This document shows, piece after piece, positions 13,246-26,439 of a DNA stretch of 64,000 nucleotides. The position numbers and the translations under genes were made by a program. The notes below the pieces were generated by a model, which was not told the DNA's origin, did not search any database, and was given only the letters and a program-made list of their open reading frames with translations. This DNA comes from Mobula hypostoma (Eukaryota), in the NCBI RefSeq assembly GCF_963921235.1, contig NC_086118.1, positions 19,656,001-19,720,000 of the forward strand, given 5' to 3'. Numbering within the stretch: position 1 is the stretch's first letter; each line of letters starts with the position of its first letter.

Positions 13246-14172
13246 TCATTTATTAACGACCTGGATGTGGGGGTAGAAGGGTGGATTGGCAAGTTTGCAG
13301 ACGACACAAAGGTTGGTGGTGTTGTAGATAGTGTAGAGGATTGTCGAAGATTGCAGAGAGACATTGATAGGTTGCAGAAGTGGGCTGAGAAGTGGCAGAT
13401 GAAGTTCAACCCGGAGAAGTGTGAGATGGTACACTTTGGAAGGACAAACTCCAAGGCAGAGTACAAAGTAAATGGCAGGATACTTGGTAGTGTGGAGGAG
13501 CAGAGGGATCTTGGGGTACATATCCACAGATCCCTGAAAGTTGCCTCACAGGTAAATAGGGTAGTTAAGAAAGCTTATGGGGTGTTAGCTTTCATAAGTT
13601 GAGGGATAGAGTTTAAGAGTTGCGAGGTAACAATGCAGCTCTATGAAACTCTGGTTAGGCCACACTTGGAGTACTGTGTCCAGTTCTGGTCACCTCACTA
13701 TAGGAAGGATGTGAAAGCATTGGAAAGGGTACAGAGGAGATTTACCAGGATGCTGCCTGGTTTAGAGAGTATGGATTATGATCAGAGATTAAGGGAGCTA
13801 GGGCTTTACTCTTTGGAGAGAAGGAGGATGAGAGGAGACATGATAGAGGTATACAAGATATTAAGAGGAATAGATAGAGTGGATAGCCAGCGCCTCTTCC
13901 CCGGGGCACCACTGCTCGATACAAGGGGACATGGCTTTAAGGTTAAGGAGTGGGACATTCAAGGGGGATATTAGAGGAAGGTTTTTTACTCAGAGAGTGG
14001 TTGGTGCATGGAATACACTGCCTGAGTCAGTGGTGGAGGTAGATACACTAGTGAAATTTAAGAGACTACTAGACAGGTATATGGAGGAATTTAAGGTGGG
14101 GGGTTATATGGGAGGCAGAGTTTAAGGGTCGGCACAACAATGTGGGCCAAAGGGCCTGCACTGTGCTGTACT
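13246..14172 (+). mobile_element. young 5'-truncated CR1 LINE (RT C-terminus plus 3' UTR)
   Basis: KFADDTKVGG, FNPEKCEMVHFG and LVRPHLEYCVQFWSPH motifs with a (TTCTATG)n tail; highly similar to 54460-55395. Confidence 0.95.
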
Positions 14173-15049
14173 ATTCTATGTTCTATGTTCTATGCCCTGA
14201 ACCACCATTGCACCCTTCCCATCCCCCACCCAACAACTTTTCTATACCATTTGGAGTTCCTCATGGAAAGCTGATAAGAACTCCTAGCAAAAACAACATT
14301 CCATTCATAAAAATTCCCACTGCGCCAAGTTTTAATCCAGCTTACTGTTTCCTTGATCAATCTACCATGCAAATCTCTGTCAAACACCTTGCTAAAATTC
14401 ATGTAGAATACTCCAAATGCAGTTTACACATATTGATCCTCCTTACAATCTCTTTAAAAGTAAAACTGGACTCTGCTCCCCGCTCAACAAAAAAAAGTTG
14501 TATTTCTCCAAACTCTGAATTATGTTGATATTCAGAATTGTTCCAAAAATAATTATCCTTGTTAGCTTATCTTGCTATAATTACTAGTCTGTCCCAAGTT
14601 TCTTTACCAGACAAAGCTACTGCATCAGCCATCTTCTGTCTCATCATAGTTGTAGTCAAAGAAGACTGGCAGCCAAAACTTGTGCATTTACTCTACCGAC
14701 TTGTTAATTTATCCAATTTTAAGGAAATTTCAATTTTCTTGACATTTCTTCTTCTCTATATTTGTTTCTACTACATCAAAATTCTTTCTGCTTAATCCCA
14801 ATGTCTGTATCACTCCTTATTTCCCATCTACTGAAGAAGACTGTTCATTTGGAACTATTTCATTTTTATCAGCATTCCTTAACATCAGTCCGTAACGTAC
14901 ATCCACGCCTACCTACATACACCATGGCTAAAGAACAAGAAGAGGAGATGTTATTCCAGATTCTGACTAACATTTTCTAACTAATATCAATAAAAATAGA
15001 TAAACTAAAGTTAAAGTCTCTGGAAGATTTATTCTTTTCTTTCTTCTTG

Positions 15050-16855
15050 CACAAGTAGTGCAGTGGGAATGCCAGGCAGTGCAATGGAATGTTCCTCTTG
15101 CGGGACATGGGAAGACAGAGAGAAAGACGGCTGGTGTCCCTGATGACTACACCTGCAGGAAGTACATCCAGCTCCAGCTTCTAATAAAACCGCATTAGGG
15201 ATCTAGAGCTGGAGCTGGATCATTCAAGAGGCTGAGGGGTTGATTGAAAGGAGATACAAGGAGGTAGTTACACTAAGATGCTGGACATAGGTAATTAGGT
15301 GACTGTCAAGAGGGAGAAAGGGGATAGGCAGACAGTACAAGGTACCCTTGTGGTTGTCCACCTCAGCAACAAGTACTTGTTTTGGATACGCAAACACGAA
15401 GGGTCTCGGCCTGAAACGTCGACTGTACCTCTTCCTAGAGATGCTGCCTGGCCTGTTGCGTTCACCAGCAACTTTGATGTGTTTTACTTGTTTTGGATAC
15501 TGTTGGAGGCGGGGTAACAATCTAGCAGAGGAATGGCACAGCAGTCAGGTCTTTGTTACTGAGTCAGGTTCTGTGGCTCAGAAGAAAAAGGTGAAGAAAA
15601 AGCAAAAAGTAGTGATAGGGGATTAATTGATTTGGGGGAAAGACCGAAGGTTCTGTGGAAGAGAACAAGATTCCCTGAAGGTAGGTTGCCTTCTTGCCAG
15701 GGTGTATTCAGGAAAATGTTCTTAATCAATATGTAGAGGTCCCAAATAGAGAGAATATGATTCTGGATCTCCTATTAGGGAATGAGACAGGGCAGATGAT
15801 GGAAGAGTACAATGTTTGCATGTTCCTGTTAGAATAAAAGAAAATGCTATCAGGTCTAAGGAACCTTGGTTTTCGGGGGATATTGATGTCATGGTTAAGA
15901 AGCAGAAGGAAGTGCAGAACAGGTATCGGCAGCAAGGACTTACGAGGAGCTTGAGGAGTTTAACAAATGCAAGAGAACAGTTAAGAAGAGAATCAGGAGA
16001 GCTAAGAACATGAGGTTGCTCTGCCAGACAATATGAAAGAGAATCCCAAGGGCTTCCACAGACATGATTTTAAAGAGCAAATGACTAGGAAGGAACAAAA
16101 TTGGCCAACCTGTGGATCAGCGTGGCAATCTATGCTTGGAGCCAAAAGAGAAAAGGGAGACCTTAAATGGAATTTTTGCATCTGTATTTACTCAGAAGAT
16201 AGACCCGGAGTCTATAGAACTGAGGATATACAAGACTGAGGTCATGGACCATATACGGTTAACAGAATAGGAGGTGCTTGCAGTCTTGAGGCAAATTAGG
16301 GTTGATAAGTCCCCAGTGCCTGAGAAGGTGTTACCTCAGACCTTGTGGACGGCTATTTCAGAAACTGCAGTTTTTGAAACGTTTGCCAGGAAAGTTGATG
16401 AAGGAAATATAGTTGATATTGTGGACTTCAGCAAGGCACATGGGAGACTGGTCAAGAAGTTTCAGTTGCTTCCATTCAGGATGAGGTTGTAAATTAGATC
16501 TGATATTGACTTCATGGGAAAAGCCAGAGAGCGGTAGTAGATGGTTGTGTCTCTGACTCAAGGCCTGCAACTAGTGGTGGGCTCCAGGAATCAGTGCTGA
16601 GTCTGTTTTTGCTTGGCATCTATATCAACAAGCTGTATGATAACATGGTTAACTGGATCACCACATATGCAGATGACACCAAGACAGGGAGGAAAGCTGT
16701 CAAAGCTTGCAGTGGGATCTGGACCAGCTGGAAAAATGGCTGAAAGATGGTAGATATAATATAATGCAGACGTGTGAGGTGTTACACTTTGGGAGGATAA
16801 ACCAAGGTAGGACCTACACAGTGAATGGTGGGTCATTTGAGGACTGCAGCGGAGC
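15050..16855 (+). mobile_element. old, internally deleted CR1 LINE
   Basis: ORF1 zinc-finger and esterase remnants followed by KEPWFS, KENPKGF, DKSPVPE, VDFSKAH and YADDT motifs, with many stops and deletions. Confidence 0.8.
15390..15484 (+). mobile_element. 95-bp Penelope ribozyme-tail insertion with 16-bp TSD
   Basis: GAAGGGTCTCGGCCTGAAACGTCGACT tail flanked by a perfect TACTTGTTTTGGATAC at 15374-15389 and 15485-15500. Confidence 0.85.
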
Positions 16856-16864
16856 AGTGCGGGT

Positions 16865-17090
16865 GTGGCTCTGGTAGCATAGCGATTATTATAATGCTTT
16901 ACAATACCAGTGACAGTGTTCAATTCCCATCACTGTCTGTAAAGAGTTTGTGTGTTCTCCCAGTGGCCACGTGGGTTTCCTCCAAGTGCTCTGGTTTCCT
17001 AGCACAAGGTTAATTAGTCACATGTGTGTAATTCGGGGTTGCAGGCTCATTGAGCAGGAAGGGCCTGTTACTGAGCTGTATCTCTAAGAA
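16865..17090 (+). mobile_element. tRNA-derived V-SINE
   Basis: A-box-like TGGTAGCATAGCG, B-box-like GTTCAATTCC and the V-domain core CGTGGGTTTCCTCC..GTGCTCTGGTTTCC. Confidence 0.7.
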
Positions 17091-17094
17091 TAAT

Positions 17095-17845
17095 CTAAGA
17101 TGGCTTTATGGCCAAGTTTGTAGATGATACAAAGATAGGTGGAGGGGCAGGTAGTGTTGAGGGAGTCTGCAGAAGGACTTAGACAGATTAGGAGAATGGG
17201 CAAAGAAGAGGCAGATGGAGTACAGTATAGGGAAGTGTATGGTCATGCACTTTGGCAGAAGGAACAAAGGTGTAGACTATATTCTAACTGGGAAGAAAGT
17301 TCAGAAATCAAAGAGACTTGGAAGTCTTTGTATAGAATTTCCTCAAAGTTAACTTGCAGGTTGGTTCAGCAGTAAGGAAGCCAAATGCAATGTTAGCATT
17401 CATTGCTACAGGACTAGAATATGAAAGCAAGGATGTAATGCTGAGGCTTTCTAAGGCATTGATCAAACCACACTTGGAGTATTGTGAGCAAATTTGAACC
17501 CCTTATCTAAAAAGGGATCCACTTGGAAAAGGTCCAATTGAGGTTAATGGGAATGAAAGTGTTAACGTATAAAGAGGGTTTGATGGCTCTGTGTCTGTAC
17601 TCATTAGAGTTTAGAAGAATGGGGGGCAAGTATTGGAAAGCCTAAATATAGTGGAAATGGAGAGGGTATTTGCTATAGTGGGGTAGTTTACAACAAGAGG
17701 GCACAACCTCAGAATCCTTTTAGAGCAGAAATTAGGAGGAATTTCTTTAGTCAAATATGGAATTCATTGCCAGGTGACAGATAGCTGTGGAGGCCAAGTC
17801 ATTGGATATATTTAAAGCAGTTTGATAGGTTCTTGATTAGTGAAG
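17095..17845 (+). mobile_element. degenerate CR1 RT C-terminal fragment
   Basis: AKFVDDTKIGG and KPHLEYCEQ motifs. Confidence 0.8.
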
Positions 17846-17959
17846 GTGGACTTGCCTGCTGGTCGCTGATGAAGTAACAGGTCTTTTCCGCTGCTCCTAG
17901 TTTACTTCCTTTTTTGTTTCCAACCTTTTAAAGTATTATCATTAAACGTCTTATTATCT

Positions 17960-18760
17960 TACTATGGCTACCAAAGCAGCTTTGAAATCTATTACGGGCT
18001 TACTTCAAAGGTTTTCTACAGACTCACAAAATATACCGAGGAGTTTCATCAGTTCAGAAAAGAAGCATCGGCCGATTCACAACAAATCAGCTTTGAAGTT
18101 AAACAAGTAGGTACAAAACTGGATGTTATTTAAGAAAATTTAATCAAGCATGATAAGAGGATAAAAGAGCATGAAGAGATTATAACGATACTGGATAAGA
18201 AAACTGATGATCTGCAAAAGCTGTATGAAAAACAATCCAAGTCCAACGGAAAACTGAGACAGAAGATTATTGATATGGAAAATAGAAGTAGGGGAAACAA
18301 CTTACGAATCTTAGGATTTAAAGAGTTAACAAAAGGGGAAAATCCTAGGGAATTCTTTGTAAACCTTCTGATGGAATTATTCCCTGATATTATACAGTCT
18401 TTACCTTTGACTGATCGTGTTCACAGATCGCCTGTTTATGGATCAACTTCAGAATCAAGGCCAAGGTCGGTCATTATATGCTTCCATGAATTTCAAACAA
18501 AGGACCTTTTGATTCATGAGTCCCGTCTGAAAGGTATGATTGATTACAAGGGTCAGAAGATTCATATTGTTGAAGATTTCTCATCAGAAGTTATGGAAGA
18601 ACGTGCTAAATTTAAAAAAGTTATGGCGGAATTTTATAGCAAAAACTTCAAGCCTTCTCTTCGCTATCTGACTCGGCTGAGAATTACAATGCAAAATGCC
18701 TTAAAGAAATGTTTTTTTATGAACGAAAAGGCTCAGAAGTTTTTAGACTTAGAAATATAA
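17960..18760 (+). mobile_element. LINE-1 ORF1p fragment (coiled coil plus RRM/CTD)
   Basis: ORF 18275-18760 reads MENRSRGNNLRILG..E..RVHRS..RPRSVII.FH...IVEDFSSEV..RA.F, the typical L1 ORF1 pattern. Confidence 0.85.
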
Positions 18761-18899
18761 CTGTTTAATATTTTTCAGTGTGAATAATTGCTTCTTTTGT
18801 TTGGTAAAACTGTATAAGCTTATTTTTTTACTGCATCTTGCTTTGTCTTGGTTGGAACAGCAATCAACCTCGAATTCTTTGAAGTGGTTCCAGCAGGCT

Positions 18900-19453
18900 T
18901 TTCTGGGGGAATGATACATCAGACCCAGGCAATGAACAAACGCCGATGAGGAAGCAGTGCGCATGTGGCAAAATCTGCAAGAACGATCGCGGCTTGAAGA
19001 TCCACCAAGCGAGGATGAAGTGTCCGGCAGGAGCAGGAGCAGCACAATGCGCAGGTGTCTAACCTCGTGAGGCAAAGGAGGGGCCAGGACCAGAGTCATC
19101 CCATAGTGCCCAGAACCTCCAAGTGTTGCAAACTAATCCCTCTAACATGAAGTCTAACAGGAGGTGGATCAAATGGCCTGCAGCTAGCATGACTTCACTG
19201 TGGAAGCAGTTTGATGAAGATGTTAACCAAATTCTGGAGGCAACGGCGAAGGGAGGGGTTGATAGGAAGCTGCAGGACTGGTCAGCAACTGTCAGCAGAC
19301 TGGATGGAGAGCGAGGTGTCTCCCAGTGGAGGTTGGTTGTAGGGGATTCGTAGCCCGTTCCTTAGTTAGAGCCTTCAGCATTTTGGGCATTGAGGGAGAG
19401 AGGAAGAGGAGAGCCATCCGCAGTACCACCGATGCGGCAGAGAGGGCCTCAAG
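18900..19453 (+). mobile_element. internally deleted HERO/R2-group (restriction-like endonuclease) non-LTR retrotransposon
   Basis: The N-terminal zinc finger CACGKICKNDRGLKIHQARMKC and IKWPA..WKQFDEDV..IL are fused near 19276 to the C-terminal GWRARCLPVEVGCRGFVARSL...AAERAS. Confidence 0.75.
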
Positions 19454-21702
19454 GCCTCACCTTGGGCACTGCTGGAATAAAAGTCATGGAAACCAGGCCA
19501 TACTGAGAGTGGACCGTAGAGACACCATCCCAACTCTGGAGCAGGATAGCAGCAATCACTACAACATGCAAGAAGGAAGACTACTTGAATGATCAGGCAG
19601 TAAGCAAGCCACTGCTAACAGAGGAATCTAGGCCCACAGTGTCAGAGGTCACATCTTCTGGTGCAGCAGCTAAGATTGGATGGCTTTTGACTGTGTTTCA
19701 GCTTGCATTGCTGCATTAGTCATTACTGCCTGATTGCAGGTTCCGAACAAGTGCACCACCATTTCTCTATTTACAGAACTCTTGCAGCAGCACCCTCTTG
19801 GAAGTTGGGACATATCACCCCCTTCCCACTTGGTCATAATAAAATACCATCAATTGCTGAGCTTTTAATCAAATTAATAATCTTCATTATGTTTTTTCCT
19901 TACACCAGACACTTACTCAATTGTTACTTAGGTACCACACTTCCTTACCTGTATTGTTTTAATAACGTCCTTACTAATGTGTAATATCCACACTACACAC
20001 CTCAAAGTGACAAAAACTAGTTTAAGCACCAGAATGTGCAGAGAAGGTCAGGGGATTAAGACTCTTCTGTACATCCTGCATAAAGGCTGCCATTTTTGAA
20101 TAGTACTGAGAGAGTGCTAAATGGTCTTAGCTGTGTCTTCCATGCAAAATAATAGCTCAATGCCCTGTCAACATTCTCTGGTCGATTAAAAGATGGCACT
20201 CGTCAGAAAGATCTAGGAATTCTCTCTGGCCATATTTGTTTATCAACCTACATAATTAAAAGCAGATAAATAGAAGTTTTAAAAAATAAAAATTTGAGAT
20301 ATAAAATGATCACACCTCAGTTTGAGAGAATTTACTGCGCAGGTGATTTCTTACTCTGTAGTAATAACTACACTTTAAAAATACTTTCCTCTTGAAGCAT
20401 TTTGAGATTTCCAGAGGTTATGAAAGCTGTTACATAAATGCATTTTTTATCTATCCACTGGAAAGGTTCTCAGTGTGGGATATACCTGTCTGCAAAGAAA
20501 GTGTCACTTCATAGCTTTCCTCATTTGTTGATGATGTGTAGAGCTTACAACTAACACATGATCGTAAATTCCCAGAGGAGGTGTATATTATAAGTATCCA
20601 AGTCAATAAGTATTAAATTCTGTGGGTAATTATACATTATCTTAATAATAATGGTGCACAATCATGTTTCATTGATTAATCCTACTCTATTGCTTTTAGT
20701 TGCATAAATACCAGTGTAAATCTAATCAATAGTTTCTCCTAGGTCACTTGGGCTACATATTGACATGTTGTACATGTCACTCCACTTCCAAAATTTAATT
20801 TTATTGACTGACAGAGGAAATCTCAAAGCTGAATGCACCACACAGTAATTTCCATAACTGTGTGATCAGGACAAGAGACTGAGGAAAAATTTCTATGCCT
20901 GCAGTTCAGAAAATGCCAATTTAACCAAAGTAAATTGTTTTCTTATTTTCTCAGCAAACAGTACACCTGTTATAGTACTAAAGAACTGTACATATATGTA
21001 GTGAATTACAGAACCGTCAAATCAAAGCATGATAACAATGCACAAAGTCATTCAGCCCTTCCACTCCACGAAAGTTCACTGCAACAGCAGTGCAGAGAGG
21101 TCTGTTCCCCCCAACTTTACTAGAATTCCTTTCTTTCCCCAATAAAGCATTATTCCAATTCCCTTCTGAAAGCTGAACCCATCTTCACCTTCCTCACACT
21201 TGCCATTTTCTATGCTTCCTAATCCAACCATTTTAAAACTGTGCCCTTTGGTATTCCAATCCATTCAATCACTAGAACCCCACTGTTAGAAATCTTCTGA
21301 GCTTCAAGTCAAATGTCATGCACACAAGTACGGTGAGTTGCAGGTACAGTTTAGAACTTAGTTGCAGCAGCTGTTCATCATAAATTATCACAGAAACAAA
21401 CATATCTTTCTATAGGTATTCATCCTTAGTTTGTGAGGGTCAATTGAGTTTTTTTTTCATTTTTATCTTTTACAAATTGGTACCAGCTTCTAATAATGAC
21501 AACATACCTATCCAAGTTACTGTGATAATGGATCTAACAGTGCCCCGCCACCAATGTTAAACTCACTGCTCTATCGCTTATTCCTTTGTCTTTCTCTTTC
21601 ATCATCCAGGAAACTCCAATTTGGACCGATTGCAAAATTTCTCCTTTAAATACTCATTGTCCTAATTTCCTTCATTGATTTGCTTTTTGCTATCTTTCCA
21701 CG

Positions 21703-22125
21703 GATTGAATTGAATTGACTTTATTACTTATATCCTTCATATACATGAGAAGCAAAAATCTTTCCGTTATGCCTCCGTCTAAATATGCAATGTGCAATTT
21801 ATAGTAATTTATAATAAATAGTATGTACAACAGGATAGTCAATATAACATAGAAATACAGTTGTATCAGCATGAGTTAAGCAGTCTGATAGCCTGGTGGA
21901 AGGAGTTGTCCTGAAGCCTGTTGGTCCTGGCTTTTATGCTGTGGTACCATTTCCCAGATGGTAGCAGCTGGAACAGTTTGTGGTTGGGGTGACTCAGGTC
22001 TCCAATAATCCTTTGGGCCCTTTTTACACACCTGTCTTTGTAAATGTCCTGAATAGTGGGAAGTTCACATCAACAGATGCGCTGGGCCGTCTCTGCAGAG
22101 ACCTGCGATTGAGGGAAGTACAGGA
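21703..22125 (-). mobile_element. Rex1/Babar LINE 3' fragment
   Basis: (ATTCA)n tail and AATAAA on the minus strand, plus an LLPSGKWYHSIKARTNRLQDNSFHQAIRLLN motif. Confidence 0.75.
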
Positions 22126-22203
22126 TGTGGCTTGACCAGCATTTTTTATTTTATCATTTCAGATTTCCAGCATCTACAGATTGTGATATTGTCTTGGTGG
22201 GGG

Positions 22204-22558
22204 TGTGGCATATTCTGCCTATCGAAAGTCACTTCTGGTTAGCTTTGGAACCTGCAGCTGCTTTTCCCATTGGTTAGCTGCATAGCTCATGGAAGGGGGT
22301 TACTCTCATTTCCTTTGTTTAAGGCAAGCAGTGCTCATAGTCATTGGGAAGGTATGCTCTGTACACACTTTTAACTAAGTATGCTGTTATATATTTAGCT
22401 TTGTAGTGTCTGTAACTTGGGGAACATGAATGTTTGGTCAATTTTTTATTGTTTGTAAATAAATGATTAATATACTTATTCACAATTAGTATTTTCTGTC
22501 TCACATGCCAGAACAATGAACCTAACTCAACATTGCGTTTTGGATCTGTGAGCAAGGT
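22204..22558 (+). mobile_element. putative 5' LTR and degenerate primer-binding site of an ERV-L-like provirus
   Basis: TG start, AATAAA at 22458, CA at 22531-22532, and a PBS-like TGGATCTGTGAGCAAGGT directly upstream of the gag remnant. Confidence 0.35.
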
Positions 22559-22559
22559 A

Positions 22560-24875
22560 TGGCTTTATGAGCAGACATACATTTCTTTAAAAGGTTATTT
22601 CAAAGCGTGCACACCCCCGGCCCCGAATGAGAGATACAGAGTCCTAGGTTGCACAGATAATAGTGAGGGCATTGGAAGTCTCGCTAAACTACTTATGAGT
22701 TATGGAATGCTGGTAGAATGGTCAGACTAGTTGGATTTCACTGAGGATGAAAAGGAGAACCACATTGTTTCCATACTTAAATCATTGGTTTATACCAGGA
22801 GTAAGACTAGCCAGCAAGATGTTTGTAAGACATCAGTATAAAATGATAGCGAGTCTGAAGAATGAAACAGAAAATCTCAGTCGGTGCTGAATTATTCTGA
22901 GAGAATCATTATTGGTGGCTCAGAGTAGGTTTGCAAAGTTAAAGGGTAAGAATATAGAGATAGCTTATCAGCTAATGAAGCTACAGTACTTAGATGCTGC
23001 ATGCCGAACTGGTTGACAGCGTGACCCTATTAAGGTTTGAGCCATGATGAGGAGGGGGGAGATGATCCTACTGTGGGACTGGAGGATGGGGATGTTTGGC
23101 TAGATAATGAAAATGAGGAACAGAAGGTAGTGTGGACACTTTGGTTTAATCCTCAAAATGATTGCCTACTCCCTTGCACATCTGAAACAGTACAGGCCAG
23201 GCTAGTGATCATGTGGTCCCATGCCTGCTGTGGGGGGCATCGGACTGTGGCTTCTTTCTCTCAGGAGGGAGAGAAGGAAAAGGCCAGGAAAGTGTGGGGG
23301 ATGGTGTAATGGGACTCCTTGAGACAAAAGAACTCAGAAAATTCTCCACCAATGAATTAGTGAGTTTAGGGTATAGGTACAGACAGAAGGCTGGAGAATC
23401 TTTGGCTGCATGGTTATTGAGGATAGGAGATGAGGTGGTACTGATGTGAGCCTATCTAACAGAGAGATAGGTGCTTTAGATTAGATTATGAAGGCACGTA
23501 GTCCTCTTTTATTGTCATTTAGTAATGTATGCATTAAGAAATGATACAATATTTCCTCCGGTATGATATCACAAAACACAGGACAGACCAAGACTGAAAA
23601 AACTGACAAAACCACACAATTATAACATATAGTTACAACAGTGCAACAATACCATAACTTGATGAAGGAGTCCATGAGCACAGTAAAGTTCAAAGTCTCT
23701 CAAATGTCCCACATTTCACGCAGACGGGAGAAGGAAGAAAAACTCTCCCTGCCATACCGACCGCAATCTGACTCTGAGTCATCTGAAAACTTCGAGCTCT
23801 GATCAGCTCTCCGACACCGAGTACTGAGCACCATCTCTGTCCGAACGATTCGACCTCCTTTTCGGTCACCAAAAGCAGGCAAGGCCGGGGATTTTGAGGC
23901 CTACCCTCCGAAAGATTCCCGACCACATAGTAACGACAGCAGCGAATGGGCATTTCAGAAATTTCTCCAGATGTTCCTCTGTGCTTTCGCGTCTATTCTC
24001 CATAGGAAGCCTATCATCCCAATGTGATCAATAATGCCCTGAGAACACTGATTGCTTCCCCCAAGCGTAATGCATTACTATGGGATCAGGTAACGTCAGC
24101 TTTTAAACTGAAGTATCATTCTCTTACTGAATGGAATTTTAAACTCAAGCAAAATGGGACACAGTAGAGGAGGGTACTAAAGTTCCACACCAGTGGACTC
24201 ATATCACAGAATTATACCCTCGGCAGTGGTAGCCTGCCAGAGGATATTGAATTAGCTTCTGGACTGATAGGACGTGTGGTTATGGCAGTGGATTTTCAAA
24301 TAAAAGAGGTAGTGCTATCTTTAGTAGCACCAGCTTTTGGTCATCCTATAAGTATAGCGATTCAATTATTGCAAGGTTTAGAGTATGTAGAAAAGGACAC
24401 GCGCAGTCGGGTATGGAAGTTGGATATGCAGACGAGGAGTGTGGGATCCCACATATCGCGTAAAGGAATGTTTTTAGTGTTACTCAAAGCTGCGGACTTG
24501 GAGGAGCAGGTAAATGGTGTTCCCATCCCCATCCTCTATGCAGTGTGGTGGAAGTACTGTCAGGAAAAGCAAGAGAGGAAAGGATCATTCTTCAAGCCCT
24601 CTGCAGATAGATCAGTTTAACAGCTGCTGTTGTCCTGCATCATATTCCTTGCATTCCATTCAAAGTTCCCTATATCAGCAGTGGAGGCAGTACAAACAGC
24701 TATGCCTGACCTTTGACACCAGTGGGAATCGGGGGTTGGTTAGCACATCCATCACCACATTGTTGGTGGGGGGTGGGGGGGAGTCATTCACCCTCTATCC
24801 CTCTCCCCTTAACTAGAATGTGAATGATTTGAACATGGAGGAATGTGAGGTGTGGCCACATGTGTCAGTTTGTTT
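22560..24875 (+). pseudogene. gag: class III (ERV-L-like) endogenous retrovirus gag remnant and start of pro
   Basis: YRQKAGESLAAWLLRIGD..SLSNREIGAL/GSLSS and ISRKGMFLVLLKAADLEEQVNGVPIPILYAVW match recalled ERV-L Gag motifs. EVWPHVSV resembles the RPxV start of the protease. Confidence 0.65.
23480..24002 (-). mobile_element. unclassified non-autonomous retroposon inserted in the ERV gag
   Basis: Homologous to 32632-33273, with a minus-strand ...GACAATAAAAGAGGAC..(ATCTA)n tail and TAG duplicated at both junctions. Confidence 0.7.

Positions 24876-24909
<34 letters not shown>
24876..24909. repeat. (GT)n(GA)n microsatellite
   Basis: Seen directly in the sequence. Confidence 0.95.
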
Positions 24910-24923
24910 CACACTATGAATGT

Positions 24924-25619
24924 AACATACATCAAAGTTGCTGGTGAACGCAGCAGGCCAAGCAGCATCTATAGGAAGAGGTGCAGTCGACGTTTCAGGC
25001 CGAGACCCTTCGTCAGGACTAACTGAAGGAAGAGTGAGTAAGGGATTTGAAAGCTGGAGGGGGAGGGGGAGATGCAAAATGATAGGAGAAGACAGGAGGG
25101 GGAGGGATAGAGCCGAGAGCTGGACAGGTGATAGGCAAAAGGAGATACGAGAGGATCATGGGACAGGAGGTCCGGGAAGAAAGACAAGGGGGGGGGTGAC
25201 CCAGAGGATGGGCAAGAGGTATATTCAGAGGGACAGAGGGAGAAAAAGGAGAGTGAGAGAAAGAATGTGTGTATAAAAATAAGTAACAGATGGGGTACGA
25301 GGGGGAGGTGGGGCCTTAGAGGAAGTTAGAGAAGTCAATGTTCATGCCATCAGGTTGGAGGCTACCCAGACAGAATATAAGGTGTTGTTCCTCCAACCTG
25401 AGTGTGGCTTCATCTTTACAGTAGAGGAGGCCGTGGATAGACATGTCAGAGTGGGAATGGGACGTGGAATTAAAATGTGTGGCCACTGGGAGATCCTGCT
25501 TTCTCTGGCGGACAGAGAGTAGATGTTCAGCAAAGCGGTCTCCCAGTCTGCGTCGGGTCTCACCAATATATAAAAGGCCACATCGGGAGCACCGGACGCA
25601 GTATATCACCCCAGTCGAC
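24924..25619 (-). mobile_element. Penelope-like element 3' fragment (GIY-YIG plus hammerhead)
   Basis: ORF 25316-25621 reads VIYCVRCSRCGLLYIGETRRRLGDRFAEH and is closely similar to 5113-5836. Confidence 0.92.
24985..25020 (-). ncRNA. minimal hammerhead ribozyme motif
   Basis: Reverse complement AGTC-CTGACGA-AGGGTCTCGGCCT-GAAA-CGTC-GACT, with a full 4-bp stem I. Confidence 0.75.
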
Positions 25620-26439
25620 AATGTGTTAGTCTCTGCCCAGTTGCTTTCTCCTTCTCAGTTGCTCTCTGATAAGTGTGCTATTTCACTGTGAGAAATTAAC
25701 TGTCTGTTTCAAGTTTTTGCTGTTCCATATAAAGTTTTAAAGGAGTACAGCCTCAACTTTGTGTTTTGTTTTCTAATCTGTTACTTTATTTCTTGTGTTT
25801 GTTTAGTCATTGCATTGTTTCTTGTTTCTTAAAGTCTGGTACATGTTTGTTGTGCCTTCATCTGTTACTTTGTTACTTTTTCCCCTGTAAATTGGTTTTA
25901 CAGATGACTCACATTTCATGCTAGCCATATGAAATTCAGGTTAATGGGGTATAAATTTATTCCTGATATTTTTGAGGGACTGGAGCATTTGGTAAGTAAT
26001 TCCTGTTGGGTTCTTATGTGTTTTCTAAATACCCAGTGACTAATCAGGAGTGAGCGTATTTGTATCTCCCTGCACTACACAATGGCGAAGTGGTAGATGC
26101 TGACTTGTGGTGGGAGATCTTTTGATACATTCCTAAGGATGGAGTTTGAATTTTCACACTGGACCAACAGGTCAGATTACTGAATTTGTGTGAAGACTCC
26201 TTTTTACATTGTGGATGGGATGGATGCCACTGATACTGATCCCTTCCACAAGGAAAAAGACTCCTGGGAGAAATTATATGGCCTCTTAGGTTTTAGCGTT
26301 CTGTTTCAGAGAATTTGGAAGGGAGTAGTCTATTCCAGCAAACTTCGACCCAAACTATGGTCACACCTTTAAGGGACTCGGGCCTTAATAGCCCCTGTGG
26401 AGTAAGTGCTTTGAGGGCTGGTATTTCCCTATGTACCAA

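Noticed and set aside
16865..16935. tRNA gene
   Set aside because: The A/B-box-like motifs belong to a decayed SINE head and do not form a cloverleaf.
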